Positions 12,342 through 25,266 of a stretch of 64,000 bases of DNA are shown here, piece after piece. The DNA comes from Gekko japonicus. Taxonomy: Eukaryota. The position numbers and the translations under genes are program-made. Position 1 is the stretch's first letter. The number at the start of each line of letters is the position of its first letter. Under the pieces are notes generated by a model. That model worked only from the letters and a program-made list of their open reading frames with translations, was not told the origin of the DNA and did no database searches. The stretch lies in assembly GCF_001447785.1 (NCBI RefSeq), contig NW_015173687.1, forward strand, positions 437,362 through 501,361, written 5' to 3'.

Positions 12342-12969
12342 TAGAGATGTAAAATTTCCAGAGATTTTGAAGCTCGGGGAAAAAAACAGTTTTTTTCCGT
12401 GTTTTTCCCCCCGGAAAAAAATGTAAACTTTCAGAAAAATTGAAAAAAATGCTACATTAGCACGTCTTTTTTCTTTTCCATATTGAAAGTCATTCTGTTA
12501 CTTTAGGAACATAAAATATGGCTATGGACATTTTTTCTTGGTATGAAATTATCACAACTAGCATATTAAAAATATAGTGTATCCAAACAATTATTACAAA
12601 CAGAATACCCACCCACATGCAAAAACAAAACTGAAACCTTTTCCTTTTCTTGTGACAATAGCACCTCCTAAAGGAAGAAATGCATCTTGTTCTTGCATTG
12701 GAGAGTTCAGTTTGTAACCCAGGACTTGCTTGTCCTCAGTGCACAGAAATTCGATCAGTCTGATACCATACATATTTTGTAGAAATGATTTGGAAAATAT
12801 TTGAACACCTTGTCTTAAAATATTTTATTCATCATGTTAAAATAAAATGTTCCATAATCAATTTTTTTCCTTTTTTCAATTTTTCGGGGGGGAAAAACAA
12901 AAAAGGCTTCAGGGAAAAAATGGTTTTTTTCCAAATTTTGTGGGTTTTTTCCTGGCCTTCACATCTCTA
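12342..12969. mobile_element. Non-autonomous hAT DNA transposon
   Basis: TIRs TAGAGATGTAAA / TTCACATCTCTA, perfect 8-bp TSD TTCCTGTC (12334-12341 / 12970-12977). Confidence 0.9.
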
Positions 12970-12995
12970 TTCCTGTCTGTTCCCAGTTGTCTACA

Positions 12996-13061
12996 ATGGC
13001 TGAACGGCCCGAAGATCTGAACTTGCCCAATGCTGTCATAACCCGCATCATCAAGGAAGCG
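12996..13061 (+). CDS. POLE3: POLE3 coding exon 1
   Basis: [22 protein letters not shown] then GTGAGT. Confidence 0.97.
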
Positions 13062-13346
13062 GTGAGTAAGGGGTGTTTGGAATCTGAGAACCCTGCTGGA
13101 TCAGACCAATGGCCCATCTAGTCCAGCACTGTGTTTCCCACAGTAACCAAGTGAGTGTACTTGGTAGGGGGTAGTTTTGGAAATCCAACATGAAGTAAGA
13201 GTTTGCTTGCGAGTTGGGCAGGCAGCTGAACCAAAGGATCCCATTACATACAACACCCAAACAATCAAATCATTCCTTGGTATCTCTTGGTTCTAAGATG
13301 TATTTCCCAGACAAATTAGCATCTCTTTGGTCTCCCCCCCCCCCAG

Positions 13347-13432
13347 CTTCCTGATGGAGTGAACATATCCAAAGAAGCCAGGAGTGCTATCTCCCGAGCT
13401 GCCAGTGTGTTTGTGCTGTATGCCACGTCATG
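13347..13432 (+). CDS. POLE3: POLE3 coding exon 2
   Basis: cag|[28 protein letters not shown]|gtgagt. Confidence 0.97.
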
Positions 13433-13947
13433 GTGAGTGTTACTTCTGTCAAGGTGCAGAAATATGAATGTATGACTAGTTTACCTGGAGTAGAACTATG
13501 TTACCATTTAAGCTGTCTTTCACAAATTTTGTTTGCCACTGGGCTCTGTGGTAAAGCTTCTGCTTTGCAGTCAGAAAATCTCACATTCAATCTGTGACAT
13601 TTCCTGTTAAAAGTATCAGACAGTAAGTTATGAGAAAGATCTTCTGCCAGTCAGAGTACTAACCATGGTAGATCAGTTGTGCACCAGCTTTCTGTTTAAT
13701 GCAACTGATGACACAAATATTTAAATTTGGTTTTGTTAGTTCAATCTGCAAAATATTGACAAAGCTCAGACTCCTTTAATAAAAGCACGCACAAACTCTA
13801 TTTATCTTTCACAACATTTGGCAGCAATGTAGATCTTGTTTACAGGAACTGTAGTGCTTAACTGTAAACAAGATTTCTTTAAAATATACTGTGCCTGTCA
13901 GTGATGAATAATTTTCACTTTGCTTTTGCAACCTCACCCTTGTTTAG

Positions 13948-14066
13948 TGCCAATAACTTTGCAATGAAGGGGAAGAGGAAAACCCTGAATGCCTCAGATG
14001 TCCTCTCAGCTATGGAGGAAATGGAGTTCCAGCGATTCATTGCCCCTCTGAAGGAATCTTTGGAAG
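13948..14066 (+). CDS. POLE3: POLE3 coding exon 3
   Basis: tag|[39 protein letters not shown]|gtag. Confidence 0.97.
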
Positions 14067-14167
14067 GTAGCATGGAACTTGTCCCACTGTCCTTCCCCTC
14101 TGTTTTCTGCAAATGGGTTCTCCTTAAATATGGGGTGTGTCTAACTTTGGTGCATTTGCTCTCCTAG

Positions 14168-14340
14168 CCTACAGGCATGATCAGAAAGGCAAAAAAGGAG
14201 CAGTGGAGTTAAAAAAGAAAGACAAAGATAAGAAGGAAGATTCTGCGGATCCAGATAAAAACCGGGAGGATGAGAATGAAGATGAGGACGAAAGGATGGA
14301 AGAGGAGGAACAAAATGAAGAGGAGGAAGTGGATAACTGA
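14168..14340 (+). CDS. POLE3: POLE3 coding exon 4 (acidic tail, stop)
   Basis: tag|[10 protein letters not shown]...[16 protein letters not shown]. Confidence 0.96.
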
Positions 14341-16609
14341 GCAGCTTGATGACAAGTCTGCCGAGGCCAGACATCCTTCACATGTGGAAGGAAGTGATGC
14401 TGCCGCACATTTTGCAGTAGACGGCCTTGCTGGTCTGTAAGGCCCACTGCCTTGTTTGGGAAGCCCCAAAACAAAAGTCTCAGACTACAGCTGCTTGGAG
14501 CAAAACCTATTTTGGAACAAAATGCCAGGGATGCTGAAAAAAAGGCTGCTTTCTTCCGTTGTCTGGATGGCTTATTAATGTAAAAGACTGGGTGTCGATA
14601 TGGGTTCAGGATGGAAGCACAAAGATATCCTCTCCAAAACTGGGAGAAATGGACATTAAATAAGTCAGCTTTGCTAATGGTGTCTGAAGTCAATGGTGCT
14701 TTGGCGCATCTCTGGCTGGTTGGGTTCAGATTTGAGGTGTTCAAAGCTCAGGTTGTAGAATAGGCAGGGCATTTACACAGAGCAGCCCACCTCGGCTTGT
14801 CTCACTGTGCTCCAGCTGTGCCTTCTCTTGATTTCTGAGGATGCTGATTGGGTCTCTTCCTGTCCGATGTGTCCCTGCTGCGGCCATCTTTACCCACAGC
14901 TCTGGTTTTCCTGATGCCTTTTCATGATTCAGATTTGGAGTTTTCGATTTCTACTATGAACTATCCAAAGTGTGGTTTGTTAAGATGAAGCTTTTCTTCT
15001 AAAGTGATGTCATTAAAAGGACCACAAAACTAAGGCAATGTTTCTCTTAAGTTTATGAACTGCAAGGTTAGGAGAGGCTTGGGTCAGGTTGTCTACAGGA
15101 GGATAGTCTTCCTTCAGTCAAGTAGATGGAAGGTTTTCTGGTCAGCAAGTGTGACATTCTCTCCAACTGCAGCCCAAAATGCCACCCAGTGCAGCTCGGG
15201 GGTGGGGTCCATGTCCTAGTCTATCACAGTCAAAGGTGAAAAAGAGAAATACCGTATTAGGCCATATCCCTCTGCCTTTCTGGGTGGGCGTCACCTCACC
15301 CTATGGGCGGCATATCCACAAAAGCTGTCTTTGGAGACATTCTTACAAAAAGACAGATATTGCTACATTGAAAATTTGATGAACATACACAGCAATATCT
15401 GTCTTTTTGTATCTTGTGCCACTCTAATTGCTGGATCCTTTATAATTTTTTGGAGACATTCTTGCCAACAAAGATGCAGTAATGAATTACAAGCAACCTT
15501 ATTGGAACCAGCAGGCACTGCATTACTTTGCCAGGAGGGATTCAAGCCGTACAGCATTTGAAAGAATAATAAAAAGTGGAAATATGGGGGGGGGGGGATT
15601 GTAATAATAGATTTGGGGTATTTAAAAGTAGAGGAGATGAAACCTGAAAACTCAAGTGCCTGATGGCTTTCCCAGATCGTTAACTGAAGAGGAGGTGGCT
15701 CCTGCCTTTGAATGTATATCCAGAGTAGGTCCTCCCCCCAAAAGCAGAGATCTGACCCACTTGGTTTGATTGCTAAGCTTCTGCGCCACAAAAAACTGGA
15801 AGGTTCTCTGTGGAAGATGAATGATCTCAGTCTCGGGGTGTTCTAAGGGTAACCATGTTCTGTATGTAAACCATGGGTTATACAACTTTAATGTTAAAGG
15901 TATAGACTCATAAAAGCATGCAGTTAAAAGGTAGAAAATGCTGAATGTTCTGAACAAAGCCAGACTTGAAACCCTAATGATCCAAGGAACCCAGAGTAAG
16001 AGACAACCAAATTTAGTAACGATTAAAACACCTGATTCTGTTCTAGACACATCCAAATCTAAAGGGGTGGACATCCTTTTTCTCTTCTCAGTTTTTAACA
16101 TTTGGTTTATATATGCACACTTGCAAGCTCCAATGCATGTTAGCTTCCTTGTTCAGCGGGAACATTTCAATTATGAAATGTATCCTTTTCCTACATCTAA
16201 CATATTCATGTAGTGCCACCAGTATTGAAAGATAATTTTATCTCCACATTGAATATAAATTCAGTTATGCAATTATGAACTAAGGTAGAATATGACAGTC
16301 TTTTTACTAACTGGAACATGGGACCCCAACCCTTTTCAGCTTGCAGGCACCTTTAGAATTTTGACACAGAGAGGTGGCCACAACTCCAAAACAACTGCTG
16401 CAGGAGGTGGAGGCCACCCATAAACCGTCAGAGAGTGAGGCCATGCATAGCTCTAATAATAACTCTTCAGCATTTCAGGCAGAAATTCTGCTTAATAGGA
16501 TGCCTTTTTAAATGAACATATTTAAAATATTTCCTTGCTTACATACAGCTTACCTTCAGTAACACAGTGAAGATCCTCCCACTATGGTGGCAGCTGCTGC
16601 CAAAACAAC

Positions 16610-16910
16610 TCTAGGGGGCGGTGTTCATCTCCGTTTCCAAGCTGAAGAGCCAGCATCGTCTGAGGACGTTTCTGTGGTAATGTGGCCAGCATGATTAAAC
16701 GCCGAGGCGCACAGAACGCTGTTACCTTCTCATCGAAGTGGTACCTATTTATCTACTTGCAATTTCTTGCATTCGAACTGCTAGGTTGGCAGCAGCTGGG
16801 GCCAAAGACAGGAGCTCACTCTTGTCACACGGCACTCGGGTCTTGAACTGCCGAACGACAGTTCTTCTGGTCTGCAGCTCAGTGTCTTAACCTCTGAGCC
16901 ACCGCAGCTC
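16610..16910 (-). mobile_element. Sauria SINE (3' end incomplete)
   Basis: Reverse complement of the 60604-60943 family. Confidence 0.8.
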
Positions 16911-17482
16911 CTGAACTAGAGCATCATAAATCTGGATCCACTCATCTCATGCTTTCAGTCATTCTTCTTCGATGTCTTAATACTACTTCTGTAGCTAGAT
17001 GAAGTAGTTGAGGAAACCGTAGTTGCAACATAAGAGCAAATACTCCCTTTACCAGGCACGGCTTTTTCTGTAGTCCCCAAATGCCACTTCCTATCCAAAT
17101 ATCTCCAGAAACTATCAAGATCTTCAGAAAGTTTATCAGTGTGTATGGAGGGAACCAGAACATCCTTGTATTTTTATGTTAATGTGTTAGTATTAGATCA
17201 AAAAATGTGCCATTATCACCTTCCATTTATGGCTGCTAGTATAATTTGATTGGTGACCTCCCCCTCCCCCCCTTTTCTTTTTAGAATTTTAGCCTTGGAA
17301 TGTCAAAATAGAGAATGGCAAATAAGAGTGGCTTGCTCTTTCTCAGAAAGTGCCTTATAAAACTTATGATTTTAATTCCAGATGAGCAGCTGTATTAGTC
17401 TTTTAGCAGCAAAGTAGAAACAGGAGCCTAGTGCCTCAAAAGGTTATGCTGGAATATAGTCTGTTAGTCCAAAGTGGCACTT

Positions 17483-17735
17483 TGTTGTTGTTGTTCAGTC
17501 GCACAGTCGAGTCCGACTCTTCGCGACCCCATGGACCAGATCACGCCAGGCCCTCCGGTCCTCCGCCGTCCTCTGAAGTTTGCTCAACTTCATGTTCATT
17601 GTATCTATGACACTGTCTAACCATCTCATCCTTTGCCGTCCCCGTCTTCTTTGACTTCAATCTTTCCCAGCATCAGGGTCTTCTCCAGTGAGTGCTCCCT
17701 TCTCATTTGGTGGACAAAGTATTTGAGCTTCAGTT

Positions 17736-17823
<88 letters not shown>

Positions 17824-18790
17824 NNNNNNNNNNNNNNNNNNNNNNNNNNNNNNNNNNNNNNNNNNNNNNNNNNNNNNNNNNNNNNNNNNNNNNNNNNNNN
17901 NNNNNNNNNNNNNNNNNNNNNNNNNNNNNNNNNNNNNNNNNNNNNNNNNNNNNNNNNNNNNNNNNNNNNNNNNNNNNNNNNNNNNNNNNNNNNNNNNNNN
18001 NNNNNNNNNNNNNNNNNNNNNNNNNNNNNNNNNNNNNNNNNNNNNNNNNNNNNNNNNNNNNNNNNNNNNNNNNNNNNNNNNNNNNNNNNNNNNNNNNNNN
18101 NNNNNNNNNNNNNNNNNNNNNNNNNNNNNNNNNNNNNNNNNNNNNNNNNNNNNNNNNNNNNNNNNNNNNNNNNNNNNNNNNNNNNNNNNNNNNNNNNNNN
18201 NNNNNNNNNNNNNNNNNNNNNNNNNNNNNNNNNNNNNNNNNNNNNNNNNNNNNNNNNNNNNNNNNNNNNNNNNNNNNNNNNNNNNNNNNNNNNNNNNNNN
18301 NNNNNNNNNNNNNNNNNNNNNNNNNNNNNNNNNNNNNNNNNNNNNNNNNNNNNNNNNNNNNNNNNNNNNNNNNNNNNNNNNNNNNNNNNNNNNNNNNNNN
18401 NNNNNNNNNNNNNNNNNNNNNNNNNNNNNNNNNNNNNNNNNNNNNNNNNNNNNNNNNNNNNNNNNNNNNNNNNNNNNNNNNNNNNNNNNNNNNNNNNNNN
18501 NNNNNNNNNNNNNNNNNNNNNNNNNNNNNNNNNNNNNNNNNNNNNNNNNNNNNNNNNNNNNNNNNNNNTGTCACAGTCTGCGGTGATCTGGGGTTCCAGG
18601 AACGTGAAGTCTGTCACTACTTCCATGACTTCCCCTTCTATTTGCCAAGGAGTGATGGGGCCAGATGCCATGGTCTTAGTTTTTTTGATGTTGAGCTTCA
18701 AGCCCACTTTTGCGCTCCTCTTTTACCCTGAGCAAGAGGCTCTTAAGGTCCTCTTCACTTTCTGCCATTAGAGTGGTATCGTCTGCTCCT
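17483..18790 (-). mobile_element. Bov-B (RTE) LINE 3' part spanning an N gap
   Basis: GLKLNIKKTKTMASGPITPWQIEGEVMEVVTDFTFL peptide and Bov-B-type 3' end with (CAA)n tail. Confidence 0.88.
17734..17823. repeat. (TTTC)n microsatellite
   Basis: More than 20 perfect units running into an N gap. Confidence 0.95.
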
Positions 18791-19949
18791 TTGCAGCATC
18801 GGACTTTTACTTATCTAGCACAGCATCTCAGCCATTCTCTTAGTGTATGATAGAGCCTACTGAGGTCAGACGTGGGCAAAGGAGAGGGAAAACAACTGTT
18901 CACGTGGAACTCCCCATTCTAATAGATTGTTTATTGAAAGTATGTTTATGGAAGCTGCCCTGTAATATCCCAGGGCTTTTCCCAATGCAATTGATGGATG
19001 AACGAAAACCAAAATCCAGGTCTGTCTTCTGAGGAGTGTGCTAGCCGCATTTCGATAGAAGAGGAAGGGAGAGTTGAGGCAAACCAATAAGACCCAGTCT
19101 GATTTGCTGGTACTATCCTCTCACAGGGCTGTTATTCCCCTCCCAGTTTAGTAATACTAACACAAAGAAAGGCAACTACTATTAATAAGCATTACCCAGA
19201 AGGGATCCATCCTCCTCCCCACAGATCATTCTGCACCACCCAGACCAAGGTGTGCTGCAAGAAAAGCAGGTGAGCTGCTTCAAAGTGCCAGCAGTTGGAA
19301 ACAGCCAAGAGCAGAATGCTTCCTGATCTGGTCAAGGGTGAAATCTTTCCTGATCTGTGAGCAGTCAGAAGCAAAGCTCCAAAAGGAGAAGGCTGTGCTT
19401 GACAGCTCTGCAACCAAAGCAGCATTATTAGCCCCAGATGGGGGTGGATGATGAGATAAGATCAGCACCATGCCATTGTGTAGGAAGAGGTAGTGCAAGT
19501 GACTGATACTTGTGCTGGCCTTTTGCCTTGTATGACAGCACTGTGGGTAGGGGAAGCATTTGCAAAGCACATGATGCGTAAACTGCATGTCCTAATATGC
19601 TGTATGAATTTCAGGATCCTTTTAACCTCTGAAAATAGGTCTATTAGGGTTTAGTTCTTTGTGTTAAATGCAAACTTGGAGAGAACCCAACGTACCTATT
19701 GGGTCCACGGCACTTCACTACAGAGATGGAGTGAGGGTAGCTAAGAAGCACTCCTTATGCTGTCAAGTTGAACCTGGCACTGGAAATAGGGCTTGGGGGA
19801 TCAAACCTGGACTGCTATCAGTCAAGCCGCCTTGTGTTCCAATTCCACAAAAAGAGATTTGCAAAGCTTATCTGCAAGCGGAACCATTGTGGCGGTGGGC
19901 AGGAAGAAGGTCCACCAAAGAATTAGTAAAACGTTAAACTTCATCCTAC

Positions 19950-20370
19950 ATTCATTTATTTAGAATATTTCTAGGTTGCCTCTTCAGAGTCCTGCTCAAG
20001 GGGGATTACAATTAAAAACCACAGTAGTAAAACAAGTCACTGAAACCCAGGCAGCATCAAACTCAATCCATGAATCAGAAGCAGGCCATTAAAAAGCTGA
20101 TAGGATAAAACTCCTAATTTAAAACCCTGGTAAAAAGATGGGTTTTAGACAAGAGCCCAAAAGAAGTAATGTAGGCAGGTGAGCCTCGGGGGGGGGGGAT
20201 GTTCCAAAGGCAGGTGCTACCACAGAGAATACCCTGTCTCTAGTTGCCACCTGCCTCCCCTCTGAAGGCAGAAGCACAGTGAGCAGGGCTTGAAAGGTAG
20301 ATCTCAACTGGCATGTGGGATAGCTTAGGAGGAGGTAGTCCTTCAGGTTAGTGGCCCCAAGCGGTTTAGG
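19950..20370 (-). mobile_element. L2 3' fragment
   Basis: Minus-strand TRDRVFSVVAP motif and (TTTA)-type tail. Confidence 0.6.
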
Positions 20371-20713
20371 AGCATGGAACAGCTTTGTTTCTGTCTGGCC
20401 ACATGGCTGGATCTGTCTCTACCGCTGAGATGGGAACTGCTCCTCCTGACACAAGCGTCTCAAGCCCCCCTCCTCTAAGCTCACCTGCAAGTTAGGTGAG
20501 AAACCCCAAACAGAGAGACTTCCCCATGCAATGGAAAGCCTGACACAGGGAGGGACCTTAGGAGGTCTACTCAGAAGTGAGACCCATGTTACTCATTGTG
20601 GCTTACTCTGAAGAAAGGATCCTCAGGATTGCAACTGCAAACATGCACTCCCGGCTCTTCACCTATGGTTCAGGATATTTCCATTCAGCTAAGGTTTTTT
20701 TGGCATCTACTCT

Positions 20714-20866
20714 GGGGTGCTTTCACACACACTAAATAACGTACTTTCAATTCACTTTCAATCCACTTTGCAACTGTATTTTACTGTGTGAAATGGCAAC
20801 GTCCACTCACAAAGGGTTGCTGAAGTGATTTGAAACTGCATTATTTAGCATGTGTGAAAAGTGCCC
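20714..20866. mobile_element. Palindromic MITE (Harbinger-like)
   Basis: Long imperfect inverted repeat; homologous to 58543-58696. Confidence 0.6.
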
Positions 20867-23442
20867 ACGGGCACTTGCCACATTCCTTCCAAACAAAGAA
20901 GAAGACTGACAGAAACTTGGAATCATTATTGCCTTATTTGCCTGATCCCACAGGACCCCAGTCCCATTGACAGTAGGGCTCTCTGGAACACTTTCTGTCT
21001 GCCCAGCAAAGCAGCCCCTCCCTCCCTCAAAACACTTTTCCCCCTGTGGCAACTCCCAAGTCCTGCCTCTGACCATGTTTTTTGGCCATTTGAGTCTGGT
21101 GCTTTAAGACACTCAAGTCTTCCTTTGGCTGCAGATCTGTTTCTCAGTTCCTGCTACATGCACTTTTTTGGATTACTCTACTCTAACCCAGTCTCCATCA
21201 TCATTCCCAGTCTCCCTCGGAGCCTCATCCTTTTCTTTCTAAGACCTCTTTCAAAGTATGTGCCTTGCCTCCCCTTTCCCCTTCCCTTCTCCCAAGTGCT
21301 GAAACCCAAACGTACAGCTCTTGAATACTAAGTGGTGGTTAGTAGGAAGTTTTGTTAGGAAGATAGTAGGAAGTAAGAGTCCCACAGAGGTGGAGTAATA
21401 TAGACCTGTGTGACAGACAAGTCAAAGTCCTGCCCATTTCCTGAAAACGACCAATCACCTTTAAACCTTGTTGAAATATTCATGGGGCAGGCAGCAGCCA
21501 ATCAGGGCCTTCGGAATATTGGGAGAGCAGGTGGGAGTTAGAGCCCAAAAGACAGTTAAACCGCTATTTTCCTTCAGACCTGGCTGAACCGACAGGGAGG
21601 TAGGTTGTGGGATTCATTGTCTGCAGGACAAGGCTGGTCTCTGTCTTCAGAGGAAGCTGGCTGGTAGAGTGTGGTGTCCAGGAAAGGCTCACACCTAATG
21701 TATATTCTTTAGTTTTCCAAGATCACGTTCCAGTGAAAAGTATCCAGGCAGGTCTCCTCTGGGATTCAATCAGCCTGGATTCAAAATTTTCACTCAGGGC
21801 AGGTGTCTACTCCACACTCTGGAGAGCTGCTGCTACTCAGAGCAAATGACCTTGAGTTCGATGGACTGACAGAGCTTCTTGTGGGGAACACAAGGAGAAG
21901 CTCAGAGAGTCAGGTCCCTCAGCCTTCAGTCGGAAAGAGGCAGCAGGTCAAGAAAGGAGAGGCGGATGTGGAGGCAGAGAGCATCTTCAGTGCCCGTTGG
22001 GGTTTTCTTGCTAAAGCTACCTCAGATGAGCATGAAAAGGACACAGAATATCTCTTGGAAGCAAGTTCCACAGTATGCCTGTCCCTTCAAGGACCTGGCC
22101 CGTCCTGCTGCCCCAACACCCATGATGTTCGTCTTAGCAGGGAGGAAAGAATGTCCCAGCATGAGACTTGGGCAACTCTATGAAGCCCTAAGGTAAGCTC
22201 GCCAACCTCCACATGGGATAGGGTAACCAAAAACAGATCACGGAATAAGTGAGTAGAAAACAGTCAATGGCAACCATGATATATTTATGAAGGGAATATC
22301 AGTCTTTTATAGATTTTTTTAAAAATAGACCACTGTTAATGCTAATACTAATACAAATACATTTCTCCACATTCATACAAGAATAAACGTGAAAAATAAT
22401 TCTGCAATGTTGACGAGCACAGTCCAATAATCTAAAGTTCTTACAAACAGCAAATTTTCTTTGTGTCTTTCTTGTACTATTATTGGATTGTAGACAAATA
22501 GCATAAAGGTCACGAATCTGCAGACAGGCTTGCTCCAATACCTGTTTCATAAGGCTTCTTCAGAGCAGAATATGTGTAGACCCAGTGAACCCTTTCCTAC
22601 TCAGCATTCATCTCTGCATGCTGTCTCTCTGTATAATGTTCACACTCAGTGAAATCTTCACTTATCCAGTTTTCCACATGGGGCCTGGAGATCTTCAGGA
22701 ATTACAGTTGCTGTCCAGATGACACAGGTCTAGGGCTGCCCCTCCCCCAGGGTCCTGTTCTCCACTGTCACTTGGATTTTTATTTTAAATGCTGCCTCAT
22801 GTACTTACTGGAAGTTCTTACCGGAAGTGACAAAGGGTAGGGCAATTGCTGGAAACTCCATGGGCCAGTGATTCCTAGTGCTGCCTTTTGTCCCTTCCAG
22901 TAAGAACATCCAATGAGTACATGCGGCTGCGGTTTGTTTGTTTTTAAATTCTCCTGTAATGCTGCCTCCACCAACTTGTCAGGTGTTGCCTGGGAACCCT
23001 ACACAGCTCAGTTCCCCTGGAGAAAATGACTTCATTGGAAGGTGGACTGTACAGCATTACGCTCTGATAAGGTTCCTATCCTTCCCCAAACTCTGCTCTC
23101 CCCAGGCTCCACTTCCAAATCTCCAGGGGATTTCCCAACCCAGGGCTGGCATCTACTACCGTAAGGCCAGTTGAAAAAGGGACATACCCATAACGTATAT
23201 GCTGGATCTGGTCTTCACTGCTGACAGTTCCAACACATATCCAACCTAATAAACCCAATTTACGAAATCTGCTAGGTGTCCAATAATTACAGAGAATAAT
23301 TTTTTTTGTATTTTCACTTAAAGTCTAAAGAAGTTGGTTCTGCTGACGCTGATGTGATCATTTCTCCCTACCAGGCTCATCCTTGCTTCACAGCCTCAAA
23401 ACAGACCTACGTTCACCACCATCTTCTCTCCCACACGCTTAC

Positions 23443-24900
23443 GTCAAGGAGCCCCGCCAGATGCCCAGCAGACGGGTCCTTCCTCAGCAGCTCCTGCAGT
23501 AGCACCTGGAGGCCTTCCTTGGCTTCATCTGAAAGGAAGATGGAGCCAGTGTGTGGGATGCTGAATGCCCCAGCCCCTGCAGAAAGCCTTGCTGGAAGCA
23601 GGCCCAGGGATTCAGGACCCCAAGTGGGACACTGTCTCCTTAGCATCCTCCTGCCTTGACTGATGCACAGCTCTCCCCACTGCTGTGCCTCAGCGATCCA
23701 GAAAAGACATGGCTTCAGGCACTACGGGACCTGCAGGCATATTTTCTCTCAACAAGGCAATCAACATTTAATGTACCTGGCTTTCGGTGCTGTTCGGATG
23801 AACCACAGAGCTCATGCCATGACTGAGCTTTGGAGCTTGAGCCCCAGGGGAGTCTGGAACTTCCTGGCAGGATGGAAGGGAGAGTATTAAACTGTTCACT
23901 GTAAGGGAAAGGCTGGTCAAACAGCCCTCAAGGTGTGCTAACTCAGCGGCCCCCCCACTCCTTCCTCAGGCCAAGAACTGACAAACACCCAGTACAGAGT
24001 GGCATGATGGTGATTGTTTGGGAGAGAAACAGTGGTGTAGCTTCTGGAATAGAATGAGAGCCTCCAAGATGCATTGATCCTAGTTGGAGAATGGGGTTCA
24101 GTCCTGAGGCACTCTGTCCGCATCTTCCTGAGGTGAGGCAAACTGCAGCAATCTTTGGGAGCCTCTGGCTCCTGCTTGGCATCCTCCGTTTGGCTGGTTC
24201 TGCTTGTTGTCTCCTGAGGTTTCCTGCTTCATCCCTCCTCACAGAGCTCCCCTCCTTCTAACTGCTGGGCACAAAGGTTGCCTCAACAAAAGATGTACCT
24301 GAGCTGCTCCACGGCCCCTTTGGCCACTATTAATATGGGCTCAGTGTTGAAAAATGAGTCCATCATGCAGGGCCATAGCCATGAGGGGCCCCACAAGGGC
24401 GACGCTCCCTCCCCAATTTGCCCCACCTCTTCACCAATCACCTGGAGGGGGAGTGGTCAGGAGGAGGCCTTCCCGCCTAGTCCCCATCTGATGGTCGGAA
24501 TACCGGGAGCCTCAGGCCATCATGCTGGCCAGCCCACGTCATCTGGGTGCCGGCCTGGCTGACTGCAGGAAGCTCAGATTGGTGGTGGCGTGGCTCCCGC
24601 AGTGGGCTTGGATCTTCAGCTCGGCTCCCCTTCAGTTTCTCTGGACCCCTGGGATCAGCGTGTCAGTTTGGCTCCTCGTCGGGTCAGCTGGTCCCTCCGG
24701 CTCGGGTCCTCAGTGTTAAATTGCAGAAGCAGGTTGGTAGTTGGTTCCCACAGGCTTTTTGTTTGGCCTGCGAAGTTTTGCTCTGCTGCAGCTTCTCTTG
24801 GCTCTCCTGCAGTTTTGGCACGCCAGAGGGGAGCCTTCCAGATCTGCTGTTTCCAGTGCTGGTGAAGGCTGCCTCCTGGGGTGGGGGCCTCGGTCTTGAG
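23443..24900 (-). pseudogene. Decayed exons of a maestro heat-like repeat (MROH)-type gene
   Basis: GT-AG bounded exons 24441-24299, 23863-23777, 23528-23443 read ...KGAVEQLR|KFQTPLGLKLQSSVMA*ALWFI...|DEAKEGLQVLLQELLRKDPSAGHLAGLLD; resembles recalled MROH pattern; in-frame TGA at 23814-23812 and a phase mismatch. Confidence 0.55.
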
Positions 24901-25266
24901 CATTGCTCCCTCTAAGCTGTCGAGTCTCGTAAGCAGAAATTCTACTTTGGGAGCTACGGGCATTAAAGTTGTGAGCAATGTTCCCTCTAAGCTGTGGAGT
25001 CTTGTGAGCAAAAATTCTACTTTGTGAGCTACTAGCATTAAAGTTGTGACCGAGTCATTTGGCTACTGCATAACCTAGTTTGCTCTGGAGCCATCCTTCC
25101 TGAGCTGAGACAAAAATGTGTGAGCTGGTTGTGAGTGAGCGATTTGGCTGCTGCATAAATTAATTTGCTCTGGAGCCATCCTTCCTGATCTAAGACAAAA
25201 AGGTGCGAGCCGGAGTCTAAAAAACTGTAAGCTAGCTCACACTAACTCAGCTTAGAGGGAACACTG
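24901..25266 (-). mobile_element. hAT-type MITE with internal duplications
   Basis: Same TIR family as 8416-8619; TSD GTCTTGAG/GTCTTGGG. Confidence 0.85.

Larger units (their letters stand above)
12996..14340 (+). other. POLE3: POLE3 coding span (4 coding exons, 147 aa): DNA polymerase epsilon subunit 3 / CHRAC17
   Basis: Exons 12996-13061, 13347-13432, 13948-14066, 14168-14340 total 444 nt, all GT-AG; histone fold plus acidic tail. Confidence 0.97.

Noticed and set aside
14181-14744. 187-aa antisense ORF over the POLE3 last exon
   Set aside because: Shadow of the purine-rich acidic-tail codons
17633-18771. Long ORFs of 300-360 aa
   Set aside because: Artefacts of the (TTTC)n repeat and N gap
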